Shown: positions 36,512 to 45,742, counted from the stretch's first letter. The stretch is 64,000 nucleotides of DNA from a bacterium (GCA_030647205.1 JAUSJO010000005.1:74523-138522); one strand, 5' to 3'. Numbers and translations are program-made. The notes: generated by a model not told the origin, from the letters alone.

Positions 36512-36920
36512 ATTAGATATTGATAAAATCAAAGACCAATTAGCTAGTCTGATGAAGATAGCAAAGACAAAAAGTTGGAAATTTGCTTATGATGAAGAAT
36601 TGGATTGTCTTTATTATTCACCTGAAGAATTAAAGGGTAATTTGATAACATTTAGCTTTGACAAGGAATTTACATTTTATATTGACACAAAGTCCAATAT
36701 ACATGGTTTTTTTATTGAATACTTCTCTACGAACTTTCTTGAGCATGAGAAAAAATTCAAAGAACTACCTGGGATGATGACTAAAGAAGAGAATGGCCTT
36801 AAAGTTGTTCCCAAAAAAGACCAAGAAAAATCAGAACTAGTAGAAACGGCTTTAGTCTCAGAAGTTATGTCGGGTTTTTTTCAAAATACTAAAAATCTAA
36901 AAGATTTAGTAGTAGCTTAG
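36486..36920 (+). CDS. Hypothetical protein with a DUF2283-like motif (FAYDEELDCLYYSP)
   Basis: Motif match from memory. Confidence 0.35.
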   Translation: MMAPVPKVKLDIDKIKDQLASLMKIAKTKSWKFAYDEELDCLYYSPEELKGNLITFSFDKEFTFYIDTKSNIHGFFIEYFSTNFLEHEKKFKELPGMMTKEENGLKVVPKKDQEKSELVETALVSEVMSGFFQNTKNLKDLVVA

Positions 36921-37033
36921 TTTGAAACCTCGCCCTAAAGTCTAGTGAAGTTTTGTATACTTGTCTTGGTTTAATAAAAGGAATAAAATACTAATGAGGG
37001 TGAGGCCCTTATTTTTTATTAGTATTCTAAATA

Positions 37034-37756
37034 ATGGATAAAGAGACAATAAAACTTTTAATAAGTCCAGAGGCTATACAAGCGATAACGGTTGGAATTT
37101 TTCTGATTATAATAATATTTACGTTAAAGAAAATAGTATCTTCAGAAGATCGCAATTTTGAAATAACCCTACAAAAAATTATTGGCGGTTTGAGCGTGTT
37201 TATCATCGCGGTTATATCTCAAAATACCTATGTCTTTTTATTGTCTCTTTTTATAGGAGGCTTAATTATTGCTAGTGAGGATTTCATGAAAGTTTTTGCA
37301 GCAATTCTTCGATCAGACCCAGAAAAAATACATGAAATTATCAATGCTGATATTGGTAGAAAAAAACCATCTGAAGTACAGCCTTCAAAGGAGGGAATTG
37401 AAGCGAGGGCTAGTGATGCCGGCAAGGTTATTGACGAGAAAGATAATGAAAAGACAAAACTGCAAATTGAGTTGGATTTCGAAAGAATTTATAATTTTAT
37501 TTTTGGTAGTCAAATATTCTTATTAAGAGAGATAAAAAGTAGGAATGGGGTAGGGTGGGATTATGTAAGTGATTATTTTGATTCTCTTAGAAGAGAATAT
37601 TCAGTCTTCAACAGTTGGAATTTGAATACTTATCTTGAATTCCTAAAAACTCATAGTTTAATTGAAATGAAAGATAATTTTATAACAGTTAGCCAGAAGG
37701 GAGAAACCTTTATAAGTTATATTGATTATATGAACTATCAAAAGTATGGTCTTTAG
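37034..37756 (+). CDS. Hypothetical membrane protein
   Basis: ORF with N-terminal TM helices. Confidence 0.4.
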   Translation: MDKETIKLLISPEAIQAITVGIFLIIIIFTLKKIVSSEDRNFEITLQKIIGGLSVFIIAVISQNTYVFLLSLFIGGLIIASEDFMKVFAAILRSDPEKIHEIINADIGRKKPSEVQPSKEGIEARASDAGKVIDEKDNEKTKLQIELDFERIYNFIFGSQIFLLREIKSRNGVGWDYVSDYFDSLRREYSVFNSWNLNTYLEFLKTHSLIEMKDNFITVSQKGETFISYIDYMNYQKYGL

Positions 37757-37837
37757 TTTAATTCTCAACCCCACCGCCTTTGGCGGGGCAGGCCCTGGAT
37801 TTTCTCGGGCAGGCAAACCCTCAAATTAAAATAATTG

Positions 37838-37846
37838 TGCTATAAT
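37838..37846 (+). promoter_or_regulatory. Extended -10 (TGcTATAAT) 7 nt upstream of ATG 37854, implying a leaderless mRNA
   Basis: Read directly. Confidence 0.45.
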
Positions 37847-37853
37847 TTTGCTT

Positions 37854-38957
37854 ATGGAAGAAGAAGAGCTAAAGAAACCTAATTTCTTTAAAAGACACTG
37901 GAAGCTTTTGATGATAGTTTTCGGGATACTTATTATTCTGGCTGTTGGTACTATTGTCGGCCTTAATAAACTAGATAGGTATTATAAAGAAAAGTCCGGA
38001 GAGGTCGCCCCAAAAGTCGAGACAGAGTGCAAAAAGCCCGAGTTCACTCATCCCATGACTGATCTATCAAAGATTGCTTCTATCGGGAAGCTGGGTGGTT
38101 TTGGCTGTGGTTCGCCGGCGAGAAGCTACCTTACGATTAAGGGAGGTGAAGTTCCTGTATATGCGCCGATGGATGCTACTCTCGAGACCATTATTTATAC
38201 ACCGAGAGGTGGACCGGAAACTCCGCCGGAATATGGACTGTATTTTAATGCCGGTTGTAATGTGACATTTCTGTTGGATCATATAGACAGAGTGACTGAT
38301 GAGCTGAAGGCACTAGCGCCACAGCAGCCGGCTGAGTCTACCAGGACTGAGCTTGGAACGCGTCCGAACAAGAAGATTAAAGCAGGGACACTAGTCGGCT
38401 ACTCTGATGGTACACCACAGGCGAAGACATTTGACTTTCTGGTGATGGATATGTCAAAAGTGGGGGAGCATATAAATCCTTCTCGTTGGGAGACTGACCA
38501 GGCTAAGTATGGGGTTTGTCCGTACGACTACTACATTGCCCCTTATAAGGAGCAGTTTATGGAGAAGATAGGGATTAGTAGTGATACTGGTTTCACACCG
38601 GAGGATAGCTGTGGAATACCTTCTCAGGATGTGGTGGGCACACTCTCGGGAGGTTGGTTTAAGGGTACGGGTACCAATATGAAAGGCGAATTTTTAGGTA
38701 TCGGCCAGAACATACTAAGGGTTGAAGTGGCCTTGCGTAAGGATGGTAACTTTGACTTTAGTCTGCAGGACTGGGATATGGGGAAGAAAAAGCCGAAAGA
38801 CGTGAAGGTAGGGGAACAAATCTGCTACAGCGACCAAGGTAGTAATCTCTGGGCATGGATAAGGTTAGTTTCCCAAGATAAAATCTCGTTTGCGAAGGGC
38901 AGCGGGAAGTGTCCGGCCGCTTTTCCGGAATCTCAGGCGGAAATTTGGGAAAGATAG
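37854..38957 (+). CDS. Hypothetical membrane-anchored protein
   Basis: ORF. Leaderless start MEEEELKKPNFF with a TM anchor. Confidence 0.5.
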   Translation: MEEEELKKPNFFKRHWKLLMIVFGILIILAVGTIVGLNKLDRYYKEKSGEVAPKVETECKKPEFTHPMTDLSKIASIGKLGGFGCGSPARSYLTIKGGEVPVYAPMDATLETIIYTPRGGPETPPEYGLYFNAGCNVTFLLDHIDRVTDELKALAPQQPAESTRTELGTRPNKKIKAGTLVGYSDGTPQAKTFDFLVMDMSKVGEHINPSRWETDQAKYGVCPYDYYIAPYKEQFMEKIGISSDTGFTPEDSCGIPSQDVVGTLSGGWFKGTGTNMKGEFLGIGQNILRVEVALRKDGNFDFSLQDWDMGKKKPKDVKVGEQICYSDQGSNLWAWIRLVSQDKISFAKGSGKCPAAFPESQAEIWER

Positions 38958-38981
38958 TTTCAATGTAGAACAGTTTCTGTG

Positions 38982-39167
38982 CTATTTTTTATTTATATAT
39001 TTCCACAATGCGGCGATACCGAGAATTAGGGCGACTATGACGAGTATGTAGCCAATCCACATAAAAATCATGGCTCCGCCATAGCTTCCACCCATCATGT
39101 TTTGATAGGAATCGTAGTTGTACATCATTGTAAATCTCCTTTGTTTAGCTTGAGTATAGGTAAACAA
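38982..39167 (-). CDS. Tiny single-TM protein, paralog of 42520-42708 (real start probably MMYNYDSY...)
   Basis: About 85% amino-acid identity to the paralog. RBS AAAGGAG precedes ATG ATG. Confidence 0.55.
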   Translation of the reverse strand: MFTYTQAKQRRFTMMYNYDSYQNMMGGSYGGAMIFMWIGYILVIVALILGIAALWKYINKK

Positions 39168-39558
39168 TGATGGATTTACTATGGGCAGGAATACAAAAGA
39201 ATCAGAACATTTTCGTGGCTATTTTTTAGCTAAATCCAGCAAGTTTTTGAAAAGAGTTAAGGCCGCCCTTGCGGGCGGCCTTGTTGGTACGTGTTTTCGC
39301 GTTGTTTTCTTGCAGTTTCTGGTTGTCAGCCTTGGGAGCTAATTATCAAGAGCATTAACGCGATGCAGAAGATAGCTATGGGGAGCCAGTTTCTTTTGAT
39401 GTCTCTCCCGAGCTCAAACAAGGGCCAGAACATCTCGTCGCGATTCGCCACCTTCTTGATTCTTGTCATTCTTGTCGTCATTGCGATAACCTCCTTGAGA
39501 TGTTACGTGGTTAGTAACATGCCGATTGACTGGGGTGCAGGTGTACATGGAAGTTGGC

Positions 39559-39951
39559 CTATACGGCCAGAGATTCCTTTTTTGAGCGGAGTCGTTCGAG
39601 TGTTTGCTGGAGCCTAGCGAGCTCAGGTCTGACTGCCTTGATTGCATAAAGGCGCTGAGAAGCAGTGAGCGGAGGATCGTTCGTGATTTCTTCAAGCCGC
39701 GGTGCTGAGCCGAGAGGGAAAAGGGGAGGGGTAGTAAATCCAGGTATATCCATTGCGCATAAACCCTCCTTATTGATAACCAGATTTCCCCGCTCATCCG
39801 ACTCGAAAGTAATTGCCTTAAAGTAAGAATCAGCGAGTTCAGCTGTGATCTCTTTGATGAGCTTGTCTGCCTGAAGCGCGAGCTCATCCTCTGTTCCTTT
39901 TTCGGCCGCTTCATCCCAGGTCATCTCAGTTTTTTGTTCTGACGACATCAA
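39559..39951 (-). CDS. Acidic hypothetical protein
   Basis: Strong RBS AGGAGG. GC-rich. Confidence 0.5.
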   Translation of the reverse strand: MMSSEQKTEMTWDEAAEKGTEDELALQADKLIKEITAELADSYFKAITFESDERGNLVINKEGLCAMDIPGFTTPPLFPLGSAPRLEEITNDPPLTASQRLYAIKAVRPELARLQQTLERLRSKKESLAV

Positions 39952-40058
39952 AACCTCCTAGGGTAGTTACGCTTTTTGAAGCTCATCCTAACTTACAAAA
40001 GTCTGAAGATTATAATACTTTTAAGATAAATTCTCAACCCAAACCTCGAATTTTTCCA

Positions 40059-40092
40059 AAAGAAAAAGACGGGTGACTAGCACCCGTCTTTT
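40059..40092. terminator. Bidirectional terminator
   Basis: aaaaagacgggtgactagcacccgtctttt. Confidence 0.65.
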
Positions 40093-40110
40093 GGATTGGA
40101 ATCCTCCTTG

Positions 40111-40587
40111 CTATACCGAAGAAAGCCGCTCTGTTAATGCTTTTTCCTCGCGGATTTTCCGGAGTATTTTCCGCACGCGCCGGAGAGAAGGCTTGAATCT
40201 CCTGATTGCTGCTTCTCGCTGAAAATCGTACGGTAATGCATCTATGGCATGAGGGTACATGATCGATAGCCCTTGGCTCGCAACGACCAGTCTGTTTCCG
40301 TCTTTCTTCATCAGATCGACGATCTTGCCCTCTCCGGCAAGTTCCGAAATCATCTTCTGGATAATAAGGTCGACTTCATATGCAAGCTGTTGTTCGTACT
40401 GAGGGCTGTCGGCCTTGTCCCAAGTTAGTTCGAATTCGCGATCGAGAATAGCTTGATAACCTTTGTCTACCTCCTTAAGGTCAATAGTCCCGGCCAGAAT
40501 TCGATTTCGAATTTCTGTTTCCTTTCTGTAAATGGCCAACATCAGATCGTCCTCGACAGCTTTTTTGTCTTTCGCCGTCATCGACAA
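40111..40587 (-). CDS. Hypothetical protein
   Basis: RBS AAGGAGG. Confidence 0.5.
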   Translation of the reverse strand: MSMTAKDKKAVEDDLMLAIYRKETEIRNRILAGTIDLKEVDKGYQAILDREFELTWDKADSPQYEQQLAYEVDLIIQKMISELAGEGKIVDLMKKDGNRLVVASQGLSIMYPHAIDALPYDFQREAAIRRFKPSLRRVRKILRKIREEKALTERLSSV

Positions 40588-40723
40588 CCTCCTTTGGATA
40601 CGTACCTCTAGCGGAGGTATTCGCCTTATCTCGATATGAGACGACCCCTAAGCGGATAGGGGAATTAGGCATTCATTCTAACATAATTATTATGTATTGT
40701 CAATAAAATCTCAAAAAGGATTT

Positions 40724-40751
40724 TTAGAAAAAGCAAAAAGGCCCCTTGCGG
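40724..40751. terminator. Bidirectional terminator
   Basis: aaaaaggccccttgcggggccctttt. Confidence 0.65.
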
Positions 40752-40774
40752 GGCCCTTTTAAAATCAGGTGTTG

Positions 40775-41017
40775 TTACTTAGGAGGAATAGAGATTGGTG
40801 ATGCATCCGGTGTTCCGGTGTCACCGTCCCAGGGGGGTTCATCTGATCTTTGGATGGCGATATCGTACAACCCCGGTCCTGTCTTGAAGATGATTGTCTG
40901 AGTGTGTTCGATTTTCGGACTCGTTGCTGTCCCGTTTTGGTTGCCGCAACTTGCGATCAGAACGAGACTGACCAGAAGGGCAACTACCAGCAGGATCCTC
41001 TGTACGTTTATTGACAT
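40775..41017 (-). CDS. Small lipoprotein
   Basis: Signal peptide plus lipobox LIASC. Confidence 0.5.
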   Translation of the reverse strand: MSINVQRILLVVALLVSLVLIASCGNQNGTATSPKIEHTQTIIFKTGPGLYDIAIQRSDEPPWDGDTGTPDASPISIPPK

Positions 41018-41220
41018 GACTCCTCCTTGAGTCTCTGTTTTCCAGAATATTTTTTACCGCTTCGTTAGAAGCGGAGTAACCTGATTTAATGTATGGTTCA
41101 CTCTAAAGCCAAAATTTCTGCTTAAGAGAATAATGTATACTACCATAGAATATCTTTTTTGTCAATAGTTATTTAAACCCCAAATTCTCACCTTCGCAGT
41201 AGAAAATAGGGGAAACTACA

Positions 41221-41254
41221 GGCACGAGATTTTGCTATCGCACAATCTCGTGCC
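41221..41254. promoter_or_regulatory. 34-bp palindrome ggcacgagattttgctatcgcacaatctcgtgcc (copy 1)
   Basis: Perfect 11-bp arms. The second copy lies 167 bp downstream. Confidence 0.5.
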
Positions 41255-41387
41255 ACCTCACTCCTAAAACTCAGGATTATAAAGTAAAACTCAGAAATAT
41301 TGATGATATTTGCTTTTGTATACTTGTTTCTCATTTCTGAAAGGCATTAAAATATTTAGCACAAAGACAAAGTTAACGGCACGAGTT

Positions 41388-41421
41388 TTTGCTATCGCTC
41401 AAACTCGTGCCTTATAAAGGA
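41388..41421. promoter_or_regulatory. 34-bp palindrome ggcacgagtttttgctatcgctcaaactcgtgcc (copy 2), immediately before the PaaX-like gene
   Basis: Read directly. Confidence 0.5.
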
Positions 41422-41426
41422 AACAA

Positions 41427-41960
41427 TTGAAAAAGAAAAGAAAGATATATTTAGGGAAGAATGAGAGAGAAATTCTAAGGATGGTGGGAACAGGAGCTTT
41501 GGTGGCTGCTTCTTTGGTCGCGCCGAACTTGCCAAGTGCCTTTGCGGGCAAGAAAAAGAAATCTTATCGGCAGAGTTTCCAGAGGGCGTACGATAAAAAC
41601 CTAATTTATTTGAGCGGTGAGAAGGTTCAGCTCTCGGAAAAGGGACAGAAGCTGATGGAACAGATACTTAGCGAGGATATTGAAATTAAAAAGCATGAAT
41701 GGGATGGGATTTGGCGGATTGTTTCGTATGACATTCCGGAAGATCCGCTGAAAAAAGAACGAAGTTATTTCAGGCGAAAACTTGAGAGTTTAGGATTTGT
41801 GGAACTGCAGAAAAGTATGATGGTGATACCTTATGAATGCAAAGAAGAGATAGCGGTAATTGCACAGAATTTGCGGATCTCGCCATATGTCATGCATCTC
41901 ATCACCGATAACCTGCCTAGACAGAATGAGTTTGTTAAGAGATTTGGATTGGAAGAATAA
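41427..41960 (+). CDS. PaaX-like domain protein (putative transcriptional regulator)
   Basis: WDGIWRIVSYDIPE...RSYFRRKLESLGFVELQKSMMVIPY parallels the PaaX core. Confidence 0.45.
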   Translation: MKKKRKIYLGKNEREILRMVGTGALVAASLVAPNLPSAFAGKKKKSYRQSFQRAYDKNLIYLSGEKVQLSEKGQKLMEQILSEDIEIKKHEWDGIWRIVSYDIPEDPLKKERSYFRRKLESLGFVELQKSMMVIPYECKEEIAVIAQNLRISPYVMHLITDNLPRQNEFVKRFGLEE

Positions 41961-42044
41961 TTCTCAACATTTTGCTACCTGTCCGCCCGTAGCTTCAGCG
42001 AAGGAGGATCGCTCAAAGTTGAGAATTTATAAGACATGTTTTGA

Positions 42045-42497
42045 TTATTTTTTAGCTAAATCGAGCAAGTGCTTGTGCTGCCACTCTCGTTCTTTGGCAA
42101 CATCTCCGCCTGCTCTATGAATAGCTTGTAATGCGTAAATTGCACTGCCGATGGCGTGAGTGGGGACGTGCGCGGTTGCCGCTGCCTGGCCTGCGGCTCG
42201 GGCGGCAGAACGGGCTGAGCTATCCTTGTTTACATCACGGGCGGCAGCATGAGATGCAAGGGAAGCGCCGCGGATAACAGACATTTTAAATACACCTGTA
42301 TCTAGCCATGTTTGCAATGTTTCCAGAGCTTGTTTGGGTCGTTTATCATTTGGAAAACTATCTTCAAAATAGGGCAGAACCCGCTCAGCACAGTCAACAG
42401 CCCAGACAGCCAAGGTTTTCTGGTCAGCTTTACTGACTATGTCTATAAAATATTCCTTCTGCTCCGCGAGTGAAAAACTAGATTTCATACCTCTCAT
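42045..42497 (-). CDS. Helical Ala-rich protein resembling predicted immunity-protein families
   Basis: AAARDV..SSARSAARAAGQAAATAHVPTHAIGSAIYALQA. GC-rich. Weak family call. Confidence 0.3.
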   Translation of the reverse strand: MRGMKSSFSLAEQKEYFIDIVSKADQKTLAVWAVDCAERVLPYFEDSFPNDKRPKQALETLQTWLDTGVFKMSVIRGASLASHAAARDVNKDSSARSAARAAGQAAATAHVPTHAIGSAIYALQAIHRAGGDVAKEREWQHKHLLDLAKK

Positions 42498-42519
42498 TAT
42501 ACACCAGGGCAGAATGTGG

Positions 42520-42708
42520 CTATTTTTTGTTTAGATATTTCCACAACGCGGCGATACCGAGGATTAAAGTAACTATGACTAGTATGTATCCAAGCCACAT
42601 GAAGAGCACGGCTCCACCTGTGCTCCCACCCATCATATTTTGATAGGAATCGTAGTTGTACATCATCATAAATCTCCTTTGTTTAGTTTGAGTATGGATT
42701 AAAAGCAA
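42520..42708 (-). CDS. Tiny single-TM protein, paralog of 38982-39167
   Basis: See the paralog entry. Confidence 0.55.
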   Translation of the reverse strand: MLLIHTQTKQRRFMMMYNYDSYQNMMGGSTGGAVLFMWLGYILVIVTLILGIAALWKYLNKK

Positions 42709-42765
42709 TGATTTTCCTATGGGCAGGAATACAAAAGAATCAGAACATTTTTGTGGGCGGTCTCG

Positions 42766-43206
42766 TTATACTTGAGCTTGCTTTTCGGGTATAAACCTCG
42801 TAATGTACAGGCAAAAGACCATGGTAAAAAGGCCCAAGTAATAAAAGAAGTTGGTTATAGGGAATACGCCCACCTTGAGCCAGATGAAAAGAGGGGCATG
42901 AATAGACAAGAAGCCTAAGACAAACAGTATAAGAATCACTTTCTTTTCTAAGAGCTTTTTTGTAAAGAATCCGGGTATCATTATATCCAGTCCGAGAATT
43001 GCGGATATCTTATAAATCTCCATCGAGGGGTAATGGCCGCTTTTGAACAGTGCAATAGTTGGTATAAAAAAGGCAGCGCTTATTCCAAGGGCGATGAATA
43101 TCTGCCGTTTGTAAAGCTGTATTTTCATCTTCATATTTTCCATATACAAGAGAATACCATAAAAAGAGAAAGTAGGACATTTCCGTGGTCGTTTTAAAAA
43201 AAGCAA
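42766..43206 (-). CDS. Membrane protein (4 TM); real start probably an internal Met
   Basis: ORF, hydrophobic. Confidence 0.45.
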   Translation of the reverse strand: MLFLKRPRKCPTFSFYGILLYMENMKMKIQLYKRQIFIALGISAAFFIPTIALFKSGHYPSMEIYKISAILGLDIMIPGFFTKKLLEKKVILILFVLGFLSIHAPLFIWLKVGVFPITNFFYYLGLFTMVFCLYITRFIPEKQAQV

Positions 43207-43228
43207 AAAGCCGGCTTACGCCGGCTCT
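43190..43228 (-). terminator. Terminator for 43245-43595 on the - strand
   Basis: agccggcgtaagccggct followed by ttttgcttttttt (read on the - strand). Confidence 0.65.
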
Positions 43229-43244
43229 TCGCAAACAAACATTT

Positions 43245-43595
43245 TTACCCCCTGGGCTCAAGGTAGGCGCCCATTGCCGCGATGATCTCATCGAGTTCCT
43301 CAGAGAGAACATGCTGGTACTTGCCCGTAGGCAACTGGATTGCCATGATATAACCCGGTGATAAGGTCGCCTTGCAGAATGAGCCCCGTATTAAAGGAAA
43401 TCGGGAATAAACGTGTCTGCATGGTACGACCGCGACTTTTGAGTCGGCGTTGTGTTCCACTAGCTCAGTCACTGCCTCCTTACTGAAGTATATCTTTCCC
43501 TGCAAGTCTGGCAGGGTGAGGCTGCAGATGGCGAAATGCTCGGTGTCTTCATCTGCCGGTCCAACTACAGGTTTTTCTATAATTTCTGTCGCCAT
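43245..43595 (-). CDS. Hypothetical protein (start MATEIIEK after RBS GGAGGTG)
   Basis: ORF plus RBS. Confidence 0.45.
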   Translation of the reverse strand: MATEIIEKPVVGPADEDTEHFAICSLTLPDLQGKIYFSKEAVTELVEHNADSKVAVVPCRHVYSRFPLIRGSFCKATLSPGYIMAIQLPTGKYQHVLSEELDEIIAAMGAYLEPRG

Positions 43596-43780
43596 GATCA
43601 CCTCCAAATAGCTTGTTTGCGTTTGAGATCTAAACCTGCCATTTAGCAAAAACTTATTTCGGCCAAATGTCAGGTCTAGAGAGAGCTGGAAAGGTACGAT
43701 AGTGATTTATAATAGCATGAAAGATATAAAATATCAATTCTGAAGTCGTCACAATATAACATTCTCGTGAGCGGTTTTTG

Positions 43781-43789
43781 TGCTATAAT
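43781..43789 (+). promoter_or_regulatory. Extended -10 TGcTATAAT 6 nt before ATG 43796, implying a leaderless mRNA
   Basis: Read directly. Confidence 0.45.
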
Positions 43790-43795
43790 TCTGCC

Positions 43796-44260
43796 ATGGA
43801 AATCATCAAGAAAATAGATATTCATAAGGAATCAGAAAATTTTCTAAAAGAGTGTTCGCCTCCATCGGTAGGATATCTAGAAAGAGCCTTTAATAAGTAT
43901 AAGTTTTGGTATCAAATCTCTGTAGATGAAGATGATTTTAGTAAAATTATGATTGGCGGTTCTCCTTTAAAAGATGAACCTTGTTTTCTCAAGGAAGCGG
44001 TTGAAGAGCTAGTCCAAAATAAGCACTTACTAGAGGTTGAGCAAGAGGGGGTTAACACAAAACATGTTGGGAAATATCTAGAAGCGAACTATTTAGGTGA
44101 TATATTTCTAATACAGAAAGACTTTATAACCAAGAACGATCTCTATGTTATAGACGGGATGCATAGACTTTTAGCGTATGGGCTGAGGCTAAAGGAAGGT
44201 GAGAAGTTTCAGGATTTCATCGCTTATCTTGGTTGGAATGAAAAACTCTTAGTGGAGTAA
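43796..44260 (+). CDS. Hypothetical protein
   Basis: ORF only. Confidence 0.4.
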   Translation: MEIIKKIDIHKESENFLKECSPPSVGYLERAFNKYKFWYQISVDEDDFSKIMIGGSPLKDEPCFLKEAVEELVQNKHLLEVEQEGVNTKHVGKYLEANYLGDIFLIQKDFITKNDLYVIDGMHRLLAYGLRLKEGEKFQDFIAYLGWNEKLLVE

Positions 44261-44297
44261 GGAGCAAGGCAGAACATTCTTGTGATATCATTGATAT

Positions 44298-44915
44298 ATG
44301 AAAAAAGTTTATAAACAAACCCAGGCGGTCTATGAAAAGCTTGCCAAAAAATATGTCGAAAATATTAAGGATCTAACACCAGATGATCTGTATAGGTTTA
44401 TAGAACTTCTTCCGAGTGGTGCCTCGATCTTGGAAGTTGGTTGTGCTGGCGGGAGGGACGCGAGGATATTTCTAGATAAGGGATTTAAGGTTGCCGGCAT
44501 AGATTTAGTTAAAGCATTCATCGATATTGCCAGAGAAGAATGTCCAGATGGCGACTTCTATCAAATGGATGTGCTGGATTTAGATTTCCCTGACAGCAAA
44601 TTTGATGCTGTTTGGGCCTATGCGTCTCTTTTGCACTTGGATGATGAGGATATGCTAAAGGCACTAGTTAATATCAACAAGGTTTTGAAGTCGCAAGGAA
44701 AAATATTTCTTGGTCTTAAGCTAGGGGATAAAGAATCTATTGTTTCTGATAAGTTGTCAGATGGGGAAGAGAGGTACTTTAACTTTACAACCAAAGAGAG
44801 AGTGTTTGAGTATCTTCAGGAAAGCGGATTTAAAGTGTTAAAATATTTTCTTGTTGCAGATAAGGCGGGAAGAGATGATGTGAAATGGATATACGTATTT
44901 GCGGAAAAATCTTAA
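44298..44915 (+). CDS. Class I SAM-dependent methyltransferase
   Basis: Motif I LEVGCAGGRDA; motif post-I KVAGIDL. Confidence 0.7.
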   Translation: MKKVYKQTQAVYEKLAKKYVENIKDLTPDDLYRFIELLPSGASILEVGCAGGRDARIFLDKGFKVAGIDLVKAFIDIAREECPDGDFYQMDVLDLDFPDSKFDAVWAYASLLHLDDEDMLKALVNINKVLKSQGKIFLGLKLGDKESIVSDKLSDGEERYFNFTTKERVFEYLQESGFKVLKYFLVADKAGRDDVKWIYVFAEKS

Positions 44916-44951
44916 AGTAGAACATCTCCGTGGTCGATTTTGTGATATCTC

Positions 44952-44960
44952 TGCTATAAT
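44952..44960 (+). promoter_or_regulatory. Extended -10 TGcTATAAT 6 nt before ATG 44967, implying a leaderless mRNA
   Basis: Read directly. Confidence 0.45.
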
Positions 44961-44966
44961 AGGGCA

Positions 44967-45482
44967 ATGAAAAGGGCGATTATCATACATGCATGGGACA
45001 GTGCTCCGGAGCAGCACTGGTACCAGGAGGAGAAGAAACTTCTGGAAGAGAAGGGCTACTCTGTTGATTTACCAAAAATGCCCGGCGGTCTCTGGCCGAA
45101 GCAGGGTGAATGGCTGAAAGTTATTGAAGGCCTAAAACCTGATAAAGATACGATCATGATCGGTCATAGTTTGGGTGTCCCAGCTATACTTAGATATTTG
45201 GAAGATACTGGCAGTAAAGTCGATAAGCTATTTCTCATTGCTGCTTTTGCCGTAGATCTGGGGATAGAGGAGACTAGCAACTTTTTTGAAAAGCCCTTTG
45301 ATTGGGAGAAAATTAAGGGTGACACTAGCGAGTCCTATGTGATAAATGAACAGAATGATCCGTATGTTCCGTTGGAAAAAGGTAAAGAAGTCGCTGATGG
45401 ACTAGGAGCTGAATTTAGTGCTGTAGAAAGTAATATCCATTTTGATAAAATGGATTTGGATTTAATAAATTCGAGATTATGA
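44967..45482 (+). CDS. Serine hydrolase of the YdeN/RBBP9 (DUF1234) alpha/beta-hydrolase family
   Basis: IIHAWDSAPEQHW ... MIGHSLG. Confidence 0.6.
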   Translation: MKRAIIIHAWDSAPEQHWYQEEKKLLEEKGYSVDLPKMPGGLWPKQGEWLKVIEGLKPDKDTIMIGHSLGVPAILRYLEDTGSKVDKLFLIAAFAVDLGIEETSNFFEKPFDWEKIKGDTSESYVINEQNDPYVPLEKGKEVADGLGAEFSAVESNIHFDKMDLDLINSRL

Positions 45483-45742
45483 AAAAAGATTTAGAGAGTG
45501 AGATAAATGACATCAAGGAAAGAAACAAACGGGTTGAGGCAGATAAGGCCTGGGAAACGAGCCTGTTTCGAAAGGTTTTGATCATGGCCTTTACTTATAT
45601 AATAACTGCCATGGTTTTTTACCTATTAGGAGTAGATAATTATCTGGCAAGCGCGCTAATACCAACCATAGGTTACTTTTTATCAGTACAGTCGCTACCG
45701 TTTATCAAAAAGTGGTGGATTGATAAACATTATAAAGTTTGA
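45479..45742 (+). CDS. Small membrane protein
   Basis: ORF. Confidence 0.4.
   Translation: MKKDLESEINDIKERNKRVEADKAWETSLFRKVLIMAFTYIITAMVFYLLGVDNYLASALIPTIGYFLSVQSLPFIKKWWIDKHYKV

Noticed and set aside
39291-39617. + strand ORF (108 aa) and - strand ORF 39414-39914.
   Set aside because: Both overlap the better-supported - strand gene 39559-39951, which has a strong AGGAGG RBS. They are GC-rich reverse-frame ORFs typical of shadow ORFs.
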